The translations under genes and the position numbers were made by a program. Shown here in pieces: positions 20,879 to 37,240 of a stretch of 64,000 bases of DNA. This DNA is from a bacterium (GTDB lineage: Bacteria > Patescibacteriota > Minisyncoccia > Moranbacterales > GWC2-37-73), in contig QKEW01000013.1 in NCBI GenBank assembly GCA_003251635.1, positions 2,023 through 66,022 of the forward strand, in the 5' to 3' direction. The notes below the pieces were generated by a model that made no database searches, had not been told where the DNA came from, and worked only from the letters and a program-made list of their open reading frames with translations. Numbering within the stretch: position 1 is the stretch's first letter; each line of letters opens with the position of its first letter.

Positions 20879-22990
<2,112 letters not shown>

Positions 22991-22994
22991 AATT

Positions 22995-23282
22995 ATGTTG
23001 AAAAAAGAGGAAATTAAGCATATTGCCAATTTGGCTAGGATTAGCTTGAAAGAGGAGGAAATTTCTCAATTTCAGAGAGATATTTCTCAGATTTTGGATT
23101 ATTTTGCAAAATTACAAGAAATTGATACTCAAAAGATCGAGTCGATCGGGCATATCAGTGGAATTGAAAATGTTTTTCGTCCAGATTCGATTCGAGAGTG
23201 CGATGCGGCGGTTTGTGAAAGAATTTTGGAAAATGCTCCCGAAATTAAAGACAAGTGCTTCAAAGTTAAAAGTGTTTTATAA
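22995..23282 (+). CDS. gatC: Asp/Glu-tRNA amidotransferase subunit C
   Basis: EEIKHIANLARI; ILENAPE..FKVK. Confidence 0.9.
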   Translation: MLKKEEIKHIANLARISLKEEEISQFQRDISQILDYFAKLQEIDTQKIESIGHISGIENVFRPDSIRECDAAVCERILENAPEIKDKCFKVKSVL

Positions 23283-23306
23283 TTTTTTAATTATACAGAA
23301 AGGATT

Positions 23307-24761
23307 ATGATTAGGGAATTGCACGAAAAATTAAAAAATCAGAAAATTACTGCAGTTAAATTAACTCAGGATTATTTCGAGAAAATCAAAAAAACTGATC
23401 CGAAAATTCAGGCCTTTTTGACTTTAACTGAAGACTTGGCCTTAAAGGAGGCTAAATTAGTTGATAAGAAAATAAAAAGAGGGGAAGAGATTGATCTTTT
23501 GGCTGGGATTCCGGGTGCTATTAAAGATAATATTTGTGTTGCTAATGTCAGGACAACGGCTGCTTCTAAGATTCTAGATAATTACATAGCTCCTGATGAC
23601 GCCACTGTTATCGACCGTTTGAAAAAAAGTCAGGCAATTATTTTGGGTAAGACCAACTTGGATGAATTTGCCATGGGTTCATCTACGGAAAATAGTGCCT
23701 ATGGTCCAACTAGGAATCCTTTGGACAATGAAAGAGTGGTTGGCGGTTCTTCTGGTGGCAGTGCGGCTGCAGTAGCGGCCGGAGAAGCAGTTTGGTCTTT
23801 GGGGTCTGATACAGGTGGTTCAATACGTCAGCCAGCTTCTTTTTGTGGGGTTGTGGGTTTGAAACCGACTTATGGTCGAGTTTCGCGCAGCGGCTTAATT
23901 GCCATGGCTTCAAGTTTGGATCAGATAGGTCCTTTGGCTAATTCTGTTGAAGATTGTGCCATTGTTTTGTCGAGAATTGCTGGAGAAGATCTTTTGGATG
24001 CAACTGCGGCGCAAAGTGCTAATAAACGATATGAAGATTATTTAAATGGTGATATTGCTGGTAAAAAAATAGGTGTGCCGACAGAGTATTTGGATGGGCT
24101 TGATCCGGAAATTCGCAAAATTTTTGATAAATCTTTGGAAAAATTTGAGTCATTGGGGGCCAAGATTAAATTGGTCAGTCTGCCACACACTCAGTATGCG
24201 CTGGCAACTTATTATATGATTATGCCATCAGAGGTTAGTTCGAATTTGGCGCGTTTTGACGGGGTTAAATTTGGTCTCAGAATAAACGATAAGAAAGATG
24301 ATGTTGAAGAAAATTCAGAGAATGTTAATCGCAGCCTGTTGGAAACTTACATGGACACTCGGCACTATGGATTTGGCCGTGAAGTGAAAAAGAGAATTAT
24401 GTTGGGAACTTTTGCTCTTAGCAGCGGCTACTACGATGCCTATTACTTGAAGGCCCAAAAGATTCGAACCTTAATCAAAAAAGATTTTCAAGAAGTTTTA
24501 GAGAAGGTTGATTATATCTATACTCCAACCACCCCGGAAATAGCCTTTAAGCTTGGAGAAAAAACTCAAGATCCATTGCAGATGTATTTGTCGGATATTT
24601 ATACTATAACTGCCAATTTGGCTGGGGTTCCGGCTATATCTTTTCCGATTGGATCAATTAAGGCGGGAGAAAAAAATATGCCTTTGGGTGGTCAGTTAAT
24701 GGGTAAATGGTTTGATGAAGAGGGGATTTTGAATGCCGCTCATTCTTATGAAATTAATTAA
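23307..24761 (+). CDS. gatA: Asp/Glu-tRNA amidotransferase subunit A
   Basis: GGSSGGSAAAV, GSDTGGSIRQPA amidase signature. Confidence 0.97.
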   Translation: MIRELHEKLKNQKITAVKLTQDYFEKIKKTDPKIQAFLTLTEDLALKEAKLVDKKIKRGEEIDLLAGIPGAIKDNICVANVRTTAASKILDNYIAPDDATVIDRLKKSQAIILGKTNLDEFAMGSSTENSAYGPTRNPLDNERVVGGSSGGSAAAVAAGEAVWSLGSDTGGSIRQPASFCGVVGLKPTYGRVSRSGLIAMASSLDQIGPLANSVEDCAIVLSRIAGEDLLDATAAQSANKRYEDYLNGDIAGKKIGVPTEYLDGLDPEIRKIFDKSLEKFESLGAKIKLVSLPHTQYALATYYMIMPSEVSSNLARFDGVKFGLRINDKKDDVEENSENVNRSLLETYMDTRHYGFGREVKKRIMLGTFALSSGYYDAYYLKAQKIRTLIKKDFQEVLEKVDYIYTPTTPEIAFKLGEKTQDPLQMYLSDIYTITANLAGVPAISFPIGSIKAGEKNMPLGGQLMGKWFDEEGILNAAHSYEIN

Positions 24762-24767
24762 TTTTCA

Positions 24768-25313
24768 ATGACTTTTAATTTTGAAACTACAACTGAGAAT
24801 TCTAATTGGCTCGACAGTCTAACTGAGATTGGAACTCAGGTTTATAATTCTACGCCCGTTGATTGGATTAAATATTTTTTGATTGTTTACACTTTAGTAT
24901 TGCTAGCCGATGTTATTTTACTTTTGATTTTGCGGGGAGTTGGAACTGATTTTAGAGTTGGAATGTTGGGCGCGGATGTCCCGACAACTTCCAGGTCTAA
25001 AATGAAAAAGAGATTTGATAAAATCAAGAAGCGGCTAGAAACTCAGGATATGTCGCAACACAAAATTGCTGTCATCGAGGCTGATTCCATGGTGGATAAT
25101 TTACTTTCCAGGGTTGGCTATAGCGGAGAAAATATGACTGAAAGACTGGGTCGACTGGGCGTCGGACAATTGGATTATCAGGAAGATTTATTGAAGGCGC
25201 ATCAGATTCGCAATCAGGTTATCCGTCAGCATGATTTCAATTTAGATGAAAAAACTGCCAAGGAAACCATCGATGTTTATGAAAAATTCCTGCGTTATTT
25301 GGAATTTATATAA
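24768..25313 (+). CDS. Hypothetical single-pass membrane protein
   Basis: 181-aa ORF with one TM helix, 6 nt after gatA. Confidence 0.7.
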   Translation: MTFNFETTTENSNWLDSLTEIGTQVYNSTPVDWIKYFLIVYTLVLLADVILLLILRGVGTDFRVGMLGADVPTTSRSKMKKRFDKIKKRLETQDMSQHKIAVIEADSMVDNLLSRVGYSGENMTERLGRLGVGQLDYQEDLLKAHQIRNQVIRQHDFNLDEKTAKETIDVYEKFLRYLEFI

Positions 25314-25323
25314 TTTTGGATAA

Positions 25324-25351
25324 TTGACAGTTTTAGAAAAAGCTGTAAAAT
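25324..25351 (+). promoter_or_regulatory. Sigma70-type promoter of the tRNA cluster
   Basis: TTGACA-16 bp-TAAAAT. Confidence 0.65.
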
Positions 25352-25371
25352 AGGTAGCGTGTGTTATATAT

Positions 25372-25446
<75 letters not shown>

Positions 25447-25541
25447 AAGCTAACCTACACCTTATAATCTGCAACTAGCAACATTCGTTGTCAGTGGTTA
25501 ATTGTAAGCTGTTAGTCAAGTTGCCAGGGTAGCTCAGCTTG

Positions 25542-25649
25542 CCCCGTTGCACTTTATGGGCCAGAGTAGCTCAGTTGGTTAGAGCACAGGACTCATAAGC
25601 CTGGGGTCGTGAGTTCGAATCTCACCTCTGGTACTAAAGTGCAACGGGG
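25542..25649. repeat. Palindromic element with 15-bp perfect terminal inverted repeats enclosing a tRNA
   Basis: CCCCGTTGCACTTTA (25542-25556) / TAAAGTGCAACGGGG (25635-25649). Confidence 0.85.
25560..25633 (+). tRNA. tRNA with CAT anticodon (elongator Met or Ile2), intact nested copy
   Basis: Complete 74-nt cloverleaf, GCCAGAG/CTCTGGT acceptor, CT-CAT-AA loop, GTTCGAATC. Confidence 0.85.
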
Positions 25650-25809
25650 TTGAATTAGAGCACAGGACTTCCGCCAAAGGCGGACAGGCATAAGCCTGGG
25701 GTCGTGAGTTCGAATCTCACTTCTGGCACTAAAGTGCAATGGTATTGATTTGGATTTTGGAATTGGTCTGTTGAAAAAAAGCTTTTTAAAAAAAATAAGT
25801 TGAATATTT

Positions 25810-25886
25810 GGGGGCGTAGCTCAGTTGGTTAGAGCGTCTGCCTGTCACGCAGAAGGTCGAGGGTTCGAGCCCCTTCGTCCCCGCCA
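25810..25886 (+). tRNA. tRNA-Asp(GTC)
   Basis: Cloverleaf, CTGTCAC loop, encoded CCA. Confidence 0.95.
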
Positions 25887-25894
25887 ATAGAATA

Positions 25895-25944
25895 AAGACC
25901 TGAGGGTCTTTTGCAAAAAGCATGTCCAAGGACATGCTTTTTGC
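25895..25944 (+). terminator. Tandem hairpins ending the tRNA operon
   Basis: AAGACC-TGAG-GGTCTT(TT) and GCAAAAAGCATGTCC-AA-GGACATGCTTTTTGC. Confidence 0.7.
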
Positions 25945-26047
25945 TTGAAAATAATCGGCAACTAGTTTTTTATAAGAAAATATTCTTGCAAAAATACTTA
26001 TTTTTAGCTATAATAAGGGAAGTGGGAATATTAAAAAGAAGCATTTT

Positions 26048-26422
26048 ATGGCTCCAAAGCTTTATTTTTGGATTTTGCGTTTCGCGTTAATTCTAGGGTT
26101 GGGGACTTGGATTTGGGTTTTGTTTAATCTTGATCCAGAAAATTCCGGATTAATTGTTTGGATCTTGTTTTATGGAGCATTTTTTGTTTTTTTGGGCGGT
26201 TTTTTTATGAGTTTTTTTACCTGGCTGAATCGGGATTTGCAAGGTGAGCAATATTCAAAAGAATCTTTGGTCTATGGTGCGCGTCAAGGTTTATTGCTGT
26301 CTTTTTTGATTGTTGCCTTGCTTTTTTTTCAACAAAAAGAAATTTTACTTTGGTGGGATGGGCTTTTGCTGGTAGCTGGGATTTTCTTGGTTGAATTATA
26401 TTTTCTTTCACGCAGAAAATAG
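26048..26422 (+). CDS. Hypothetical multi-TM membrane protein
   Basis: 124-aa hydrophobic ORF with an RQG motif. Confidence 0.7.
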   Translation: MAPKLYFWILRFALILGLGTWIWVLFNLDPENSGLIVWILFYGAFFVFLGGFFMSFFTWLNRDLQGEQYSKESLVYGARQGLLLSFLIVALLFFQQKEILLWWDGLLLVAGIFLVELYFLSRRK

Positions 26423-26427
26423 GTTAG

Positions 26428-28476
<2,049 letters not shown>

Positions 28477-28552
28477 AATTTTTCAAAATTCCAGAAAAAT
28501 GCTATGATTGGAGTGAAATGATTTGATTTTTAAATAAATAAATCTTATCCAA

Positions 28553-29137
28553 ATGACTGACGATAATTTTATATCTCCGGAAAATCTTGAAGCGGGAATG
28601 GAAATGCAAGTTCGAGTTGAACGTGAATTTGCCAAGATTGATTTGGCGGCTCAAAAACTTTCAGAAAAATATAAGGAATATGCCGACTTGCAAAGTTTTG
28701 TGAGTTATTTGCAGGGTCTGGAAAAAATGTTTACTCAGGCCAAGATTGAAAAAATGGGCAGTAGTCGTTTGAAAGAAGAATTGGTAAGAAATGAAATTCA
28801 TTTTTTTGCCGATGATAGCGGTTTGGATGAAAAAGTTTTTGCAACGATTCGGGATGATTTTGGTTTGGCTATGTTTACCATCGAACAAATTGAAGAAACC
28901 TGTGAAAAACTTTTAGCCAAATATCCGGACTGTGCTGATTGTCATGATTTCATTTTGTATTTGAAAAAAATATCCCTGTTGTTTTTGGAGGCACAAAGAG
29001 AGCGTTGGGATGTTCAGGTTATCAAGGAAAATTTGTGGCAAGCTAGAATGGAAAAACTTTCAGCGGATGGTCAGCCTGAACTTAAGATTTTGGAAAAGAT
29101 TCGACAGGAATTTGAAATGCTTTTGGGTGAAAAGTAA
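28553..29137 (+). CDS. Hypothetical helical protein with an internal duplication
   Basis: 194-aa ORF; halves align KLSEKY..IRDDF with KLLAKY..IRQEF. Confidence 0.7.
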   Translation: MTDDNFISPENLEAGMEMQVRVEREFAKIDLAAQKLSEKYKEYADLQSFVSYLQGLEKMFTQAKIEKMGSSRLKEELVRNEIHFFADDSGLDEKVFATIRDDFGLAMFTIEQIEETCEKLLAKYPDCADCHDFILYLKKISLLFLEAQRERWDVQVIKENLWQARMEKLSADGQPELKILEKIRQEFEMLLGEK

Positions 29138-29222
29138 TCCGTGTTTAAAATTAAATAAATTAAAAATTAAATATTTTTGTTGAAAGATCAAATAAATCGG
29201 TTTTTCAAACAAAAACAAAAAA

Positions 29223-29912
29223 ATGAATCAAGTGCAAACTTGGGGAGTGTCTCTCTATTATTCCCTTGATGAGTTAGGGGCTAGGCTTATCGGTTTCTTG
29301 CCGTCGCTTATTGGGGCTTTGTTGGTTTTTGGGGTTGGTTTGATTGTGGCCAGGGTTTTGAGTCGAGCAGTGGAAAAGGGATTGAAGTTAACTAAGATCG
29401 ATCGTTTAGTGGAAAAATCGGAAACAACCAAAAAAATTGAAGAAGCTGGTCTTAAGTTGAATTTTTCTAAGGTTTTGGGTGAATTGGTGCGTTGGTTTTT
29501 GATTTTGGTTTTTTTGACAGCGGCTACGGAAATTTTGCATCTTTCTCAATTTACCAACTTTCTTAACAGCATTTTGATGTATTTGCCGAATGTGGTGGTT
29601 TCAGTCGTAATCTTGGTTATCGCTTTCTTGTTGGCTAATTTCACTTACAAGTTTGTGCGAGGCAGCGTAAGAGCAGCCGGAGTAGTGAGCGCTTCAGTTT
29701 TAGCCATGATTTCCAAATGGGCTATTTTGATTTTTGGAATTTTGACCGCTTTGGTTCAGTTGGGAATTGCTGAATCGATTATTAACACGATTTTTATTGG
29801 AGTTATCGCAGCCTTTTCGTTAGCAATCGGTTTGGCTTTCGGTTTGGGTGGTAGAGAAGAAGCAGCTTCGTTGATTCGAAAACTGCGTGAAGAAATCTCC
29901 GAAAGAAAATAG
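29223..29912 (+). CDS. CmpX/TM-helix-repeat mechanosensitive-channel-like membrane protein
   Basis: FLPSLIGA, YLPNVVVS, AIGLAFGLGGRE. Confidence 0.8.
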   Translation: MNQVQTWGVSLYYSLDELGARLIGFLPSLIGALLVFGVGLIVARVLSRAVEKGLKLTKIDRLVEKSETTKKIEEAGLKLNFSKVLGELVRWFLILVFLTAATEILHLSQFTNFLNSILMYLPNVVVSVVILVIAFLLANFTYKFVRGSVRAAGVVSASVLAMISKWAILIFGILTALVQLGIAESIINTIFIGVIAAFSLAIGLAFGLGGREEAASLIRKLREEISERK

Positions 29913-29940
29913 AAATTTTTTCTGAAGCTTTGGATAAAAA

Positions 29941-29974
29941 AACGACCCCGCTGATTGTTCCTGGCGGGGTTGTT
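29941..29974. terminator. Bidirectional terminator
   Basis: AACGACCCCGC / GCGGGGTTGTT between convergent ORFs. Confidence 0.7.
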
Positions 29975-29975
29975 A

Positions 29976-30146
29976 TTAACAAGAATTATGCTTTAGGCGA
30001 ATTTTAACTTTCCCGGTTAGGAATATTGGAGGACCTTGATTTTGCTCATCAGACATTGCTTTTTGTAGGTCCTTAGCGGCCTCTGGGCTAATTTGCAGCT
30101 TGAGGTTATCAAATAAACTCAGAAATTTTTGTTCAGCTTCTGTCAT
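29976..30146 (-). CDS. Small 56-aa hypothetical protein (not in the ORF track)
   Basis: MTEAEQKFLSLFDNLKLQIS...; SD AGGAGG 8 nt upstream; TTGACA-17-TAGACT promoter. Confidence 0.6.
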   Translation of the reverse strand: MTEAEQKFLSLFDNLKLQISPEAAKDLQKAMSDEQNQGPPIFLTGKVKIRLKHNSC

Positions 30147-30239
30147 ATGTAAGTCCTCCTAATGAAAGAATTGATGTGCTAAACTCAGTCTAATTTTATT
30201 CAATTTTTCTGTCAAATTGAATTAAATTTCCTCCGACTC

Positions 30240-30267
30240 TTGACAGGTTTTTTGCATCTGCTATTAT
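30240..30267 (+). promoter_or_regulatory. rRNA promoter
   Basis: TTGACA-16-TATTAT upstream of a structured leader with a boxA-like GTCACTTGAAAA (~30538). Confidence 0.6.
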
Positions 30268-30709
30268 GGATTTACGTTTGAAAAAAGTGATGCTTTCGGG
30301 CAGTGAAAATGAGTGCTAAAGTTTATTTTCAATCATTTTGAAAAACACTAGAAAAAAACAAAAAAAATCAAGCGGGTGAAATTGGGGTCATTTTGACTCT
30401 TAGTTGTCTCCGCTGAAAAAGCGGTTTTTTTGTTGCTTTAAAAAATGGTGCGAAAACAATTTCCAAAAAGCGTTTCGTATGTAATACGAACTTTGTAGAA
30501 TATGTTTCCGCATCAATCACTGAACTTTCAGTGATCGGTCACTTGAAAATTAAATAGAGTCTTTTTATGCGCGTGTAATTTTTCTCTTCTGTTTGGCGGA
30601 AAAAGAGAGGGTTGGGCGCAAAAGCATAATAAGTCTGAAATAGGTCAAAAAACAACACCGAAGAAAATTTGCAGTTAATCGTGATTGTTAACTGCTAACC
30701 GTTAAAAAA

Positions 30710-33776
<3,067 letters not shown>

Positions 33777-33860
33777 AATTTTTACGGTTAGTGGTTAAGA
33801 ATTACGATTTTTTGGAGGTTTTGTTTTTTGTTACTATTTCTTTTGTGTTAGATTGCATTG

Positions 33861-33970
33861 TCTTGGTGGCTTTTGCGGAGGGGGTACACCTCTTTCCATC
33901 TCGAACAGAGCAGTTAAGCCCTTTAGCGCCGATGGTACCTGTTTTCAGGGAGAGTAGGCCGTCGCCAAGA
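33861..33970 (+). rRNA. rrf: 5S rRNA
   Basis: TCTTGGTGGC/GTCGCCAAGA closing helix, CCATCTCGAAC, GATGGTAC..GAGAGTAGG. Confidence 0.92.
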
Positions 33971-34062
33971 CTATGCAATTTAACCAAGCAAGCACTTTGA
34001 GGTGCTTGTTTTTTGTTGTTAAAAGTTCTAATATTAAAAATGAAATAATTAAGTTGAAAAAT

Positions 34063-34893
34063 ATGTTAGACCGGGGGTCAAAAAAAAGAGCTATAATCGT
34101 TTTTGTTTTTGTTTTAATAATTTTTTTATTGGGCTATTTTCTTTATCAAATAATCACGCCGGATCCAACTTGTTTTGATGGTAAAAAAAATCAAAATGAA
34201 AAGGGAATTGATTGCGGTGGAGTTTGTCCGGTTTGTAGTGATGTTTTTAGTGTTCAGGAGCTAAATATTATTGAAAAAAAGTTTGTTTACGGGGGTAATA
34301 ATACCTACGATGGATTGATAAGAATTGAAAATCCCAACAATACGGTTGGAGCTTCTTCTTTTAAATATACGGCTAAGTTGCTAGATGAAAACGGAGAAAT
34401 CTTGGGAGAAAAACAAGGACAAGGTTTTATTTTACCGGCCGAAACCAAATATATCACTTTGATTGGTTTTGCGGTGGGAATCGATCAAAATCCGGTTCAA
34501 TTGGAATTTGAAATTTCCCAGCCAAAATGGGAGGAATTCTCTCAATATCAAAAACCGCAACTCTCGATTTATAATAAGCGATTTACTTTTTTGACCGATC
34601 GGGTCGGCAGTGAAATTTACGGAATAGTTAAAAATGAAAGTCGTTTTGATTTTAATGTCATCAAGGTCAATATCATTTTGCGGGACGAGAACAATTCACC
34701 GGTAGCTCTAAACTCAACCAAGATTGATGTGATGCGCAGTGGTGAGGAGCGAGATTTTAGTTTGATTTTCCCCTATCAGATTCAAGGTGAAGTGAAGAAC
34801 ATTGAAATTGAAGCCGAGGCTGACACCTATGATTCTCAAAATTTCATTAAAACTTATATTTCGGACGAAAGACTGCCTTTTCAAGAGTATTAA
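34063..34893 (+). CDS. Membrane-anchored protein with a Cys-rich motif and Ig-like domains
   Basis: N-terminal TM; TCFDGKKNQNEKGIDCGGVC; beta-rich C-terminus. Confidence 0.75.
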   Translation: MLDRGSKKRAIIVFVFVLIIFLLGYFLYQIITPDPTCFDGKKNQNEKGIDCGGVCPVCSDVFSVQELNIIEKKFVYGGNNTYDGLIRIENPNNTVGASSFKYTAKLLDENGEILGEKQGQGFILPAETKYITLIGFAVGIDQNPVQLEFEISQPKWEEFSQYQKPQLSIYNKRFTFLTDRVGSEIYGIVKNESRFDFNVIKVNIILRDENNSPVALNSTKIDVMRSGEERDFSLIFPYQIQGEVKNIEIEAEADTYDSQNFIKTYISDERLPFQEY

Positions 34894-34904
34894 AATTGCC
34901 TGAA

Positions 34905-36011
34905 ATGTCTCATAAACTATTTCGAACAGATTGGATTTTATTGGGAGCGGTCTTTTTGCTTTTGGGAATAGGTTTGGCAGTGCTTTATAGTATTTCCGGT
35001 CAAGGAGAGGGTTTTTTTGATAGCGTCTTTTGGCGCCAGTTGTTTTATGTCGGTCTTGGTTTGTCGGCTTTGATTTTCTTTGCCTTAACCGACTATCACT
35101 ATCTGCTTTCCTATAGTACCGCGATTTATTTCGCGACTTTGTTTATTCTTTTTTTGGTTTTAATTTTTGGTCAAACGGTTCGTGGAACATCTGGTTGGTT
35201 GGGATTGGGAATTTTTAATATTCAGCCAGTCGAGATGGCCAAGGTAGCTTTAGTAATTTTTTTGTCTGGTTTTATTTCCCAAAAAAGAATGGAGTTTGGT
35301 GAATTTGGAAGAATGGTGGCTTCTTTGGTTTTTTCTTTGATTATGATTTTCTTAGTAATCAAACAGCCCGACTTTGGAAGCGCCATGGTGTTGTTGGCAA
35401 TTTGGGGAGTGGTGATTTTCGTTTGCGGAGTCAGTCCAAAAGTTTTTTTTCTGCTCTTTTTTGGAGCCTTGGCAATATCATTGATAACCTGGTCTCAGTT
35501 GGTACCTTACCAAAAAGATCGAATCATGAGTTTTTTGGATCCAACACGAGATCCGCAAGGGGCTGGATACAATGTTAATCAATCGATTGTGGCGGTTGGT
35601 AGCGGTGGATTAACCGGCAAAGGAATCGGCCATGGAAGTCAGTCGCAACTGAATTTTTTGCCGGAAAAGCATACTGATTTTATTTTCGCTTCAATCGCTG
35701 AAGAGCTGGGTTTTTTTGGTTCGGTTTTGACGGTCGGACTTTTTGGCGTTATTTTTTTTCGGATGCGGCGGATTGCCCAAGCTGCCCCAGATAATTTTGG
35801 GTTTTTGCTGTCAGTCGGAATTATGGCCATGTTTTTTGTTCAAGTTTTTATCAATATCGGCATGAACATCGGACTAGTTCCGGTAACTGGAATTCCTTTG
35901 CCCTTTTTGAGCTATGGTGGAAGTTCTTTGATTTCGATCTTGGCAACAATCGGGATATTGCTCAATATTTATGCAAAAAAATCATCATCCATGCAAGTTG
36001 AACGGGAATAA
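34905..36011 (+). CDS. rodA: Rod shape-determining SEDS protein RodA
   Basis: IQPVEMAK, QPDFG, LPEKHTDFIF, GIPLPFLSYGGSS. Confidence 0.93.
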   Translation: MSHKLFRTDWILLGAVFLLLGIGLAVLYSISGQGEGFFDSVFWRQLFYVGLGLSALIFFALTDYHYLLSYSTAIYFATLFILFLVLIFGQTVRGTSGWLGLGIFNIQPVEMAKVALVIFLSGFISQKRMEFGEFGRMVASLVFSLIMIFLVIKQPDFGSAMVLLAIWGVVIFVCGVSPKVFFLLFFGALAISLITWSQLVPYQKDRIMSFLDPTRDPQGAGYNVNQSIVAVGSGGLTGKGIGHGSQSQLNFLPEKHTDFIFASIAEELGFFGSVLTVGLFGVIFFRMRRIAQAAPDNFGFLLSVGIMAMFFVQVFINIGMNIGLVPVTGIPLPFLSYGGSSLISILATIGILLNIYAKKSSSMQVERE

Positions 36012-36105
36012 GTTCATTTTTGGGTTTATTATTGACCAAAATCACTTTGTGTGATAAATTGAGCGGAGTGGATTTGGGGCAAAATAATAATTTGAGTCAT
36101 TTGTT

Positions 36106-36408
36106 ATGGGTGATTTTCCCGGCGATTTGGTTGGTGGAATGGCTAAATGTCCGCTTTGTGAAAGGAAATATAAAAAGGAGAACGCGACAGTTTTGGAGAT
36201 AGGACCAAAGCGCAACACCATTCATTTTACCTGCGATTCTTGCAAGGTATCTTCGATGATGTTTTTGTCCTACAATCAAACCGGAGTAGTTGGAGTTGGA
36301 ATTTTGACTGATTTGATAAAGGACGAAGCTAAAAGATTGTTTATTAAGGAGCCTATCAGCACGGATCAAGTTTTGGAAGTCTATAAATTTTTTAAAAATT
36401 ATAAGTAA
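36106..36408 (+). CDS. Hypothetical zinc-ribbon protein
   Basis: CPLC..CDSC motif; upstream of rplY. Confidence 0.65.
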   Translation: MGDFPGDLVGGMAKCPLCERKYKKENATVLEIGPKRNTIHFTCDSCKVSSMMFLSYNQTGVVGVGILTDLIKDEAKRLFIKEPISTDQVLEVYKFFKNYK

Positions 36409-36475
36409 GGAGCGGTCTCAAGCAGAAGTCTATGAATGATTTGTAGTTTGTGTTTGTCGTTATCGCCAAAAAAAT

Positions 36476-37144
36476 ATGCAAAATATTAAATTGAAAGCGT
36501 CTTTGCGAGACGTGGTTGGGAAAAAAGTGAAGGCTAGCCGAAAGGAAGGTTTGATTCCGGCGGTTCTTTACGGGCACGGACAAAAAAACGAGAACCTTTG
36601 GGTGAAGTATTTGGATTTTGTTCGAGTTTACGAAAAAGCCGGTGAAAATTCAGTTGTTGAATTGGAAGCGGATGGAAAAGTTTTTCCGGTTTTGATTTGC
36701 GATACTCAAACCGAAACTTTAAGCGGGGATTTTTCCCATATTGATTTTCACAAAGTGAACATGAAAGAGAAGGTCGAAGCCTTTATTCCATTGGAATTTG
36801 TGGGTGAGTCAGCAGCAGTTAAGGCTGGTGGCGGAGTTTTGGTCAAAAACTTAGACGAAGTTGAAGTTAAATGTTTGCCGAGCGAATTGCCATCTAAATT
36901 TGAAATTGATATCAGTGTATTGGCAACCTTCGAAGATCAAATTAAAATTGGTGATATAAAGACAGCTGAAGGAGTGGAAATTTTGGGAGAAAAAGAAACT
37001 GTTATTGCCTTGGTTGAAGAGCCGCGCTCTGAGGCAGAACTGGCTTCCTTGGATGAAAAAGTTGAAGCTGATGTAACCAAAGTTGAAGGAGTGGTCAAGG
37101 AAACTCCAGCCGAGGGTGACGCTGACAAGAAAGAGAAGAAATAA
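36476..37144 (+). CDS. rplY: 50S ribosomal protein L25/Ctc
   Basis: IPAVLYG, HIDF, PLEFVGES. Confidence 0.93.
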   Translation: MQNIKLKASLRDVVGKKVKASRKEGLIPAVLYGHGQKNENLWVKYLDFVRVYEKAGENSVVELEADGKVFPVLICDTQTETLSGDFSHIDFHKVNMKEKVEAFIPLEFVGESAAVKAGGGVLVKNLDEVEVKCLPSELPSKFEIDISVLATFEDQIKIGDIKTAEGVEILGEKETVIALVEEPRSEAELASLDEKVEADVTKVEGVVKETPAEGDADKKEKK

Positions 37145-37169
37145 TAGCAAGATTTTCTTTTGGATATTT

Positions 37170-37200
37170 AAAAAACGGGAATTCAATTGCCCGTTTTTTT
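37170..37200 (+). terminator. Terminator after rplY
   Basis: AAAAAACGGG..CCCGTTTTTT. Confidence 0.7.
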
Positions 37201-37240
37201 CTTTGACCAAATATGCAAGAAGTGCTAAGCTGGAAGCGTT

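Larger units (their letters stand above)
25523..25728 (+). pseudogene. Outer tRNA(CAT) copy interrupted in the D-loop and in the anticodon loop
   Basis: GCCAGGGTAGCTCAG..[insert]..TTAGAGCACAGGACT[19 nt]CATAAGCCTGGGGTCGTGAGTTCGAATCTCACTTCTGGCA. Confidence 0.75.

Noticed and set aside
36409-36475. Possible L25 leader hairpin
   Set aside because: Pairing is weak and irregular; not supportable by eye.
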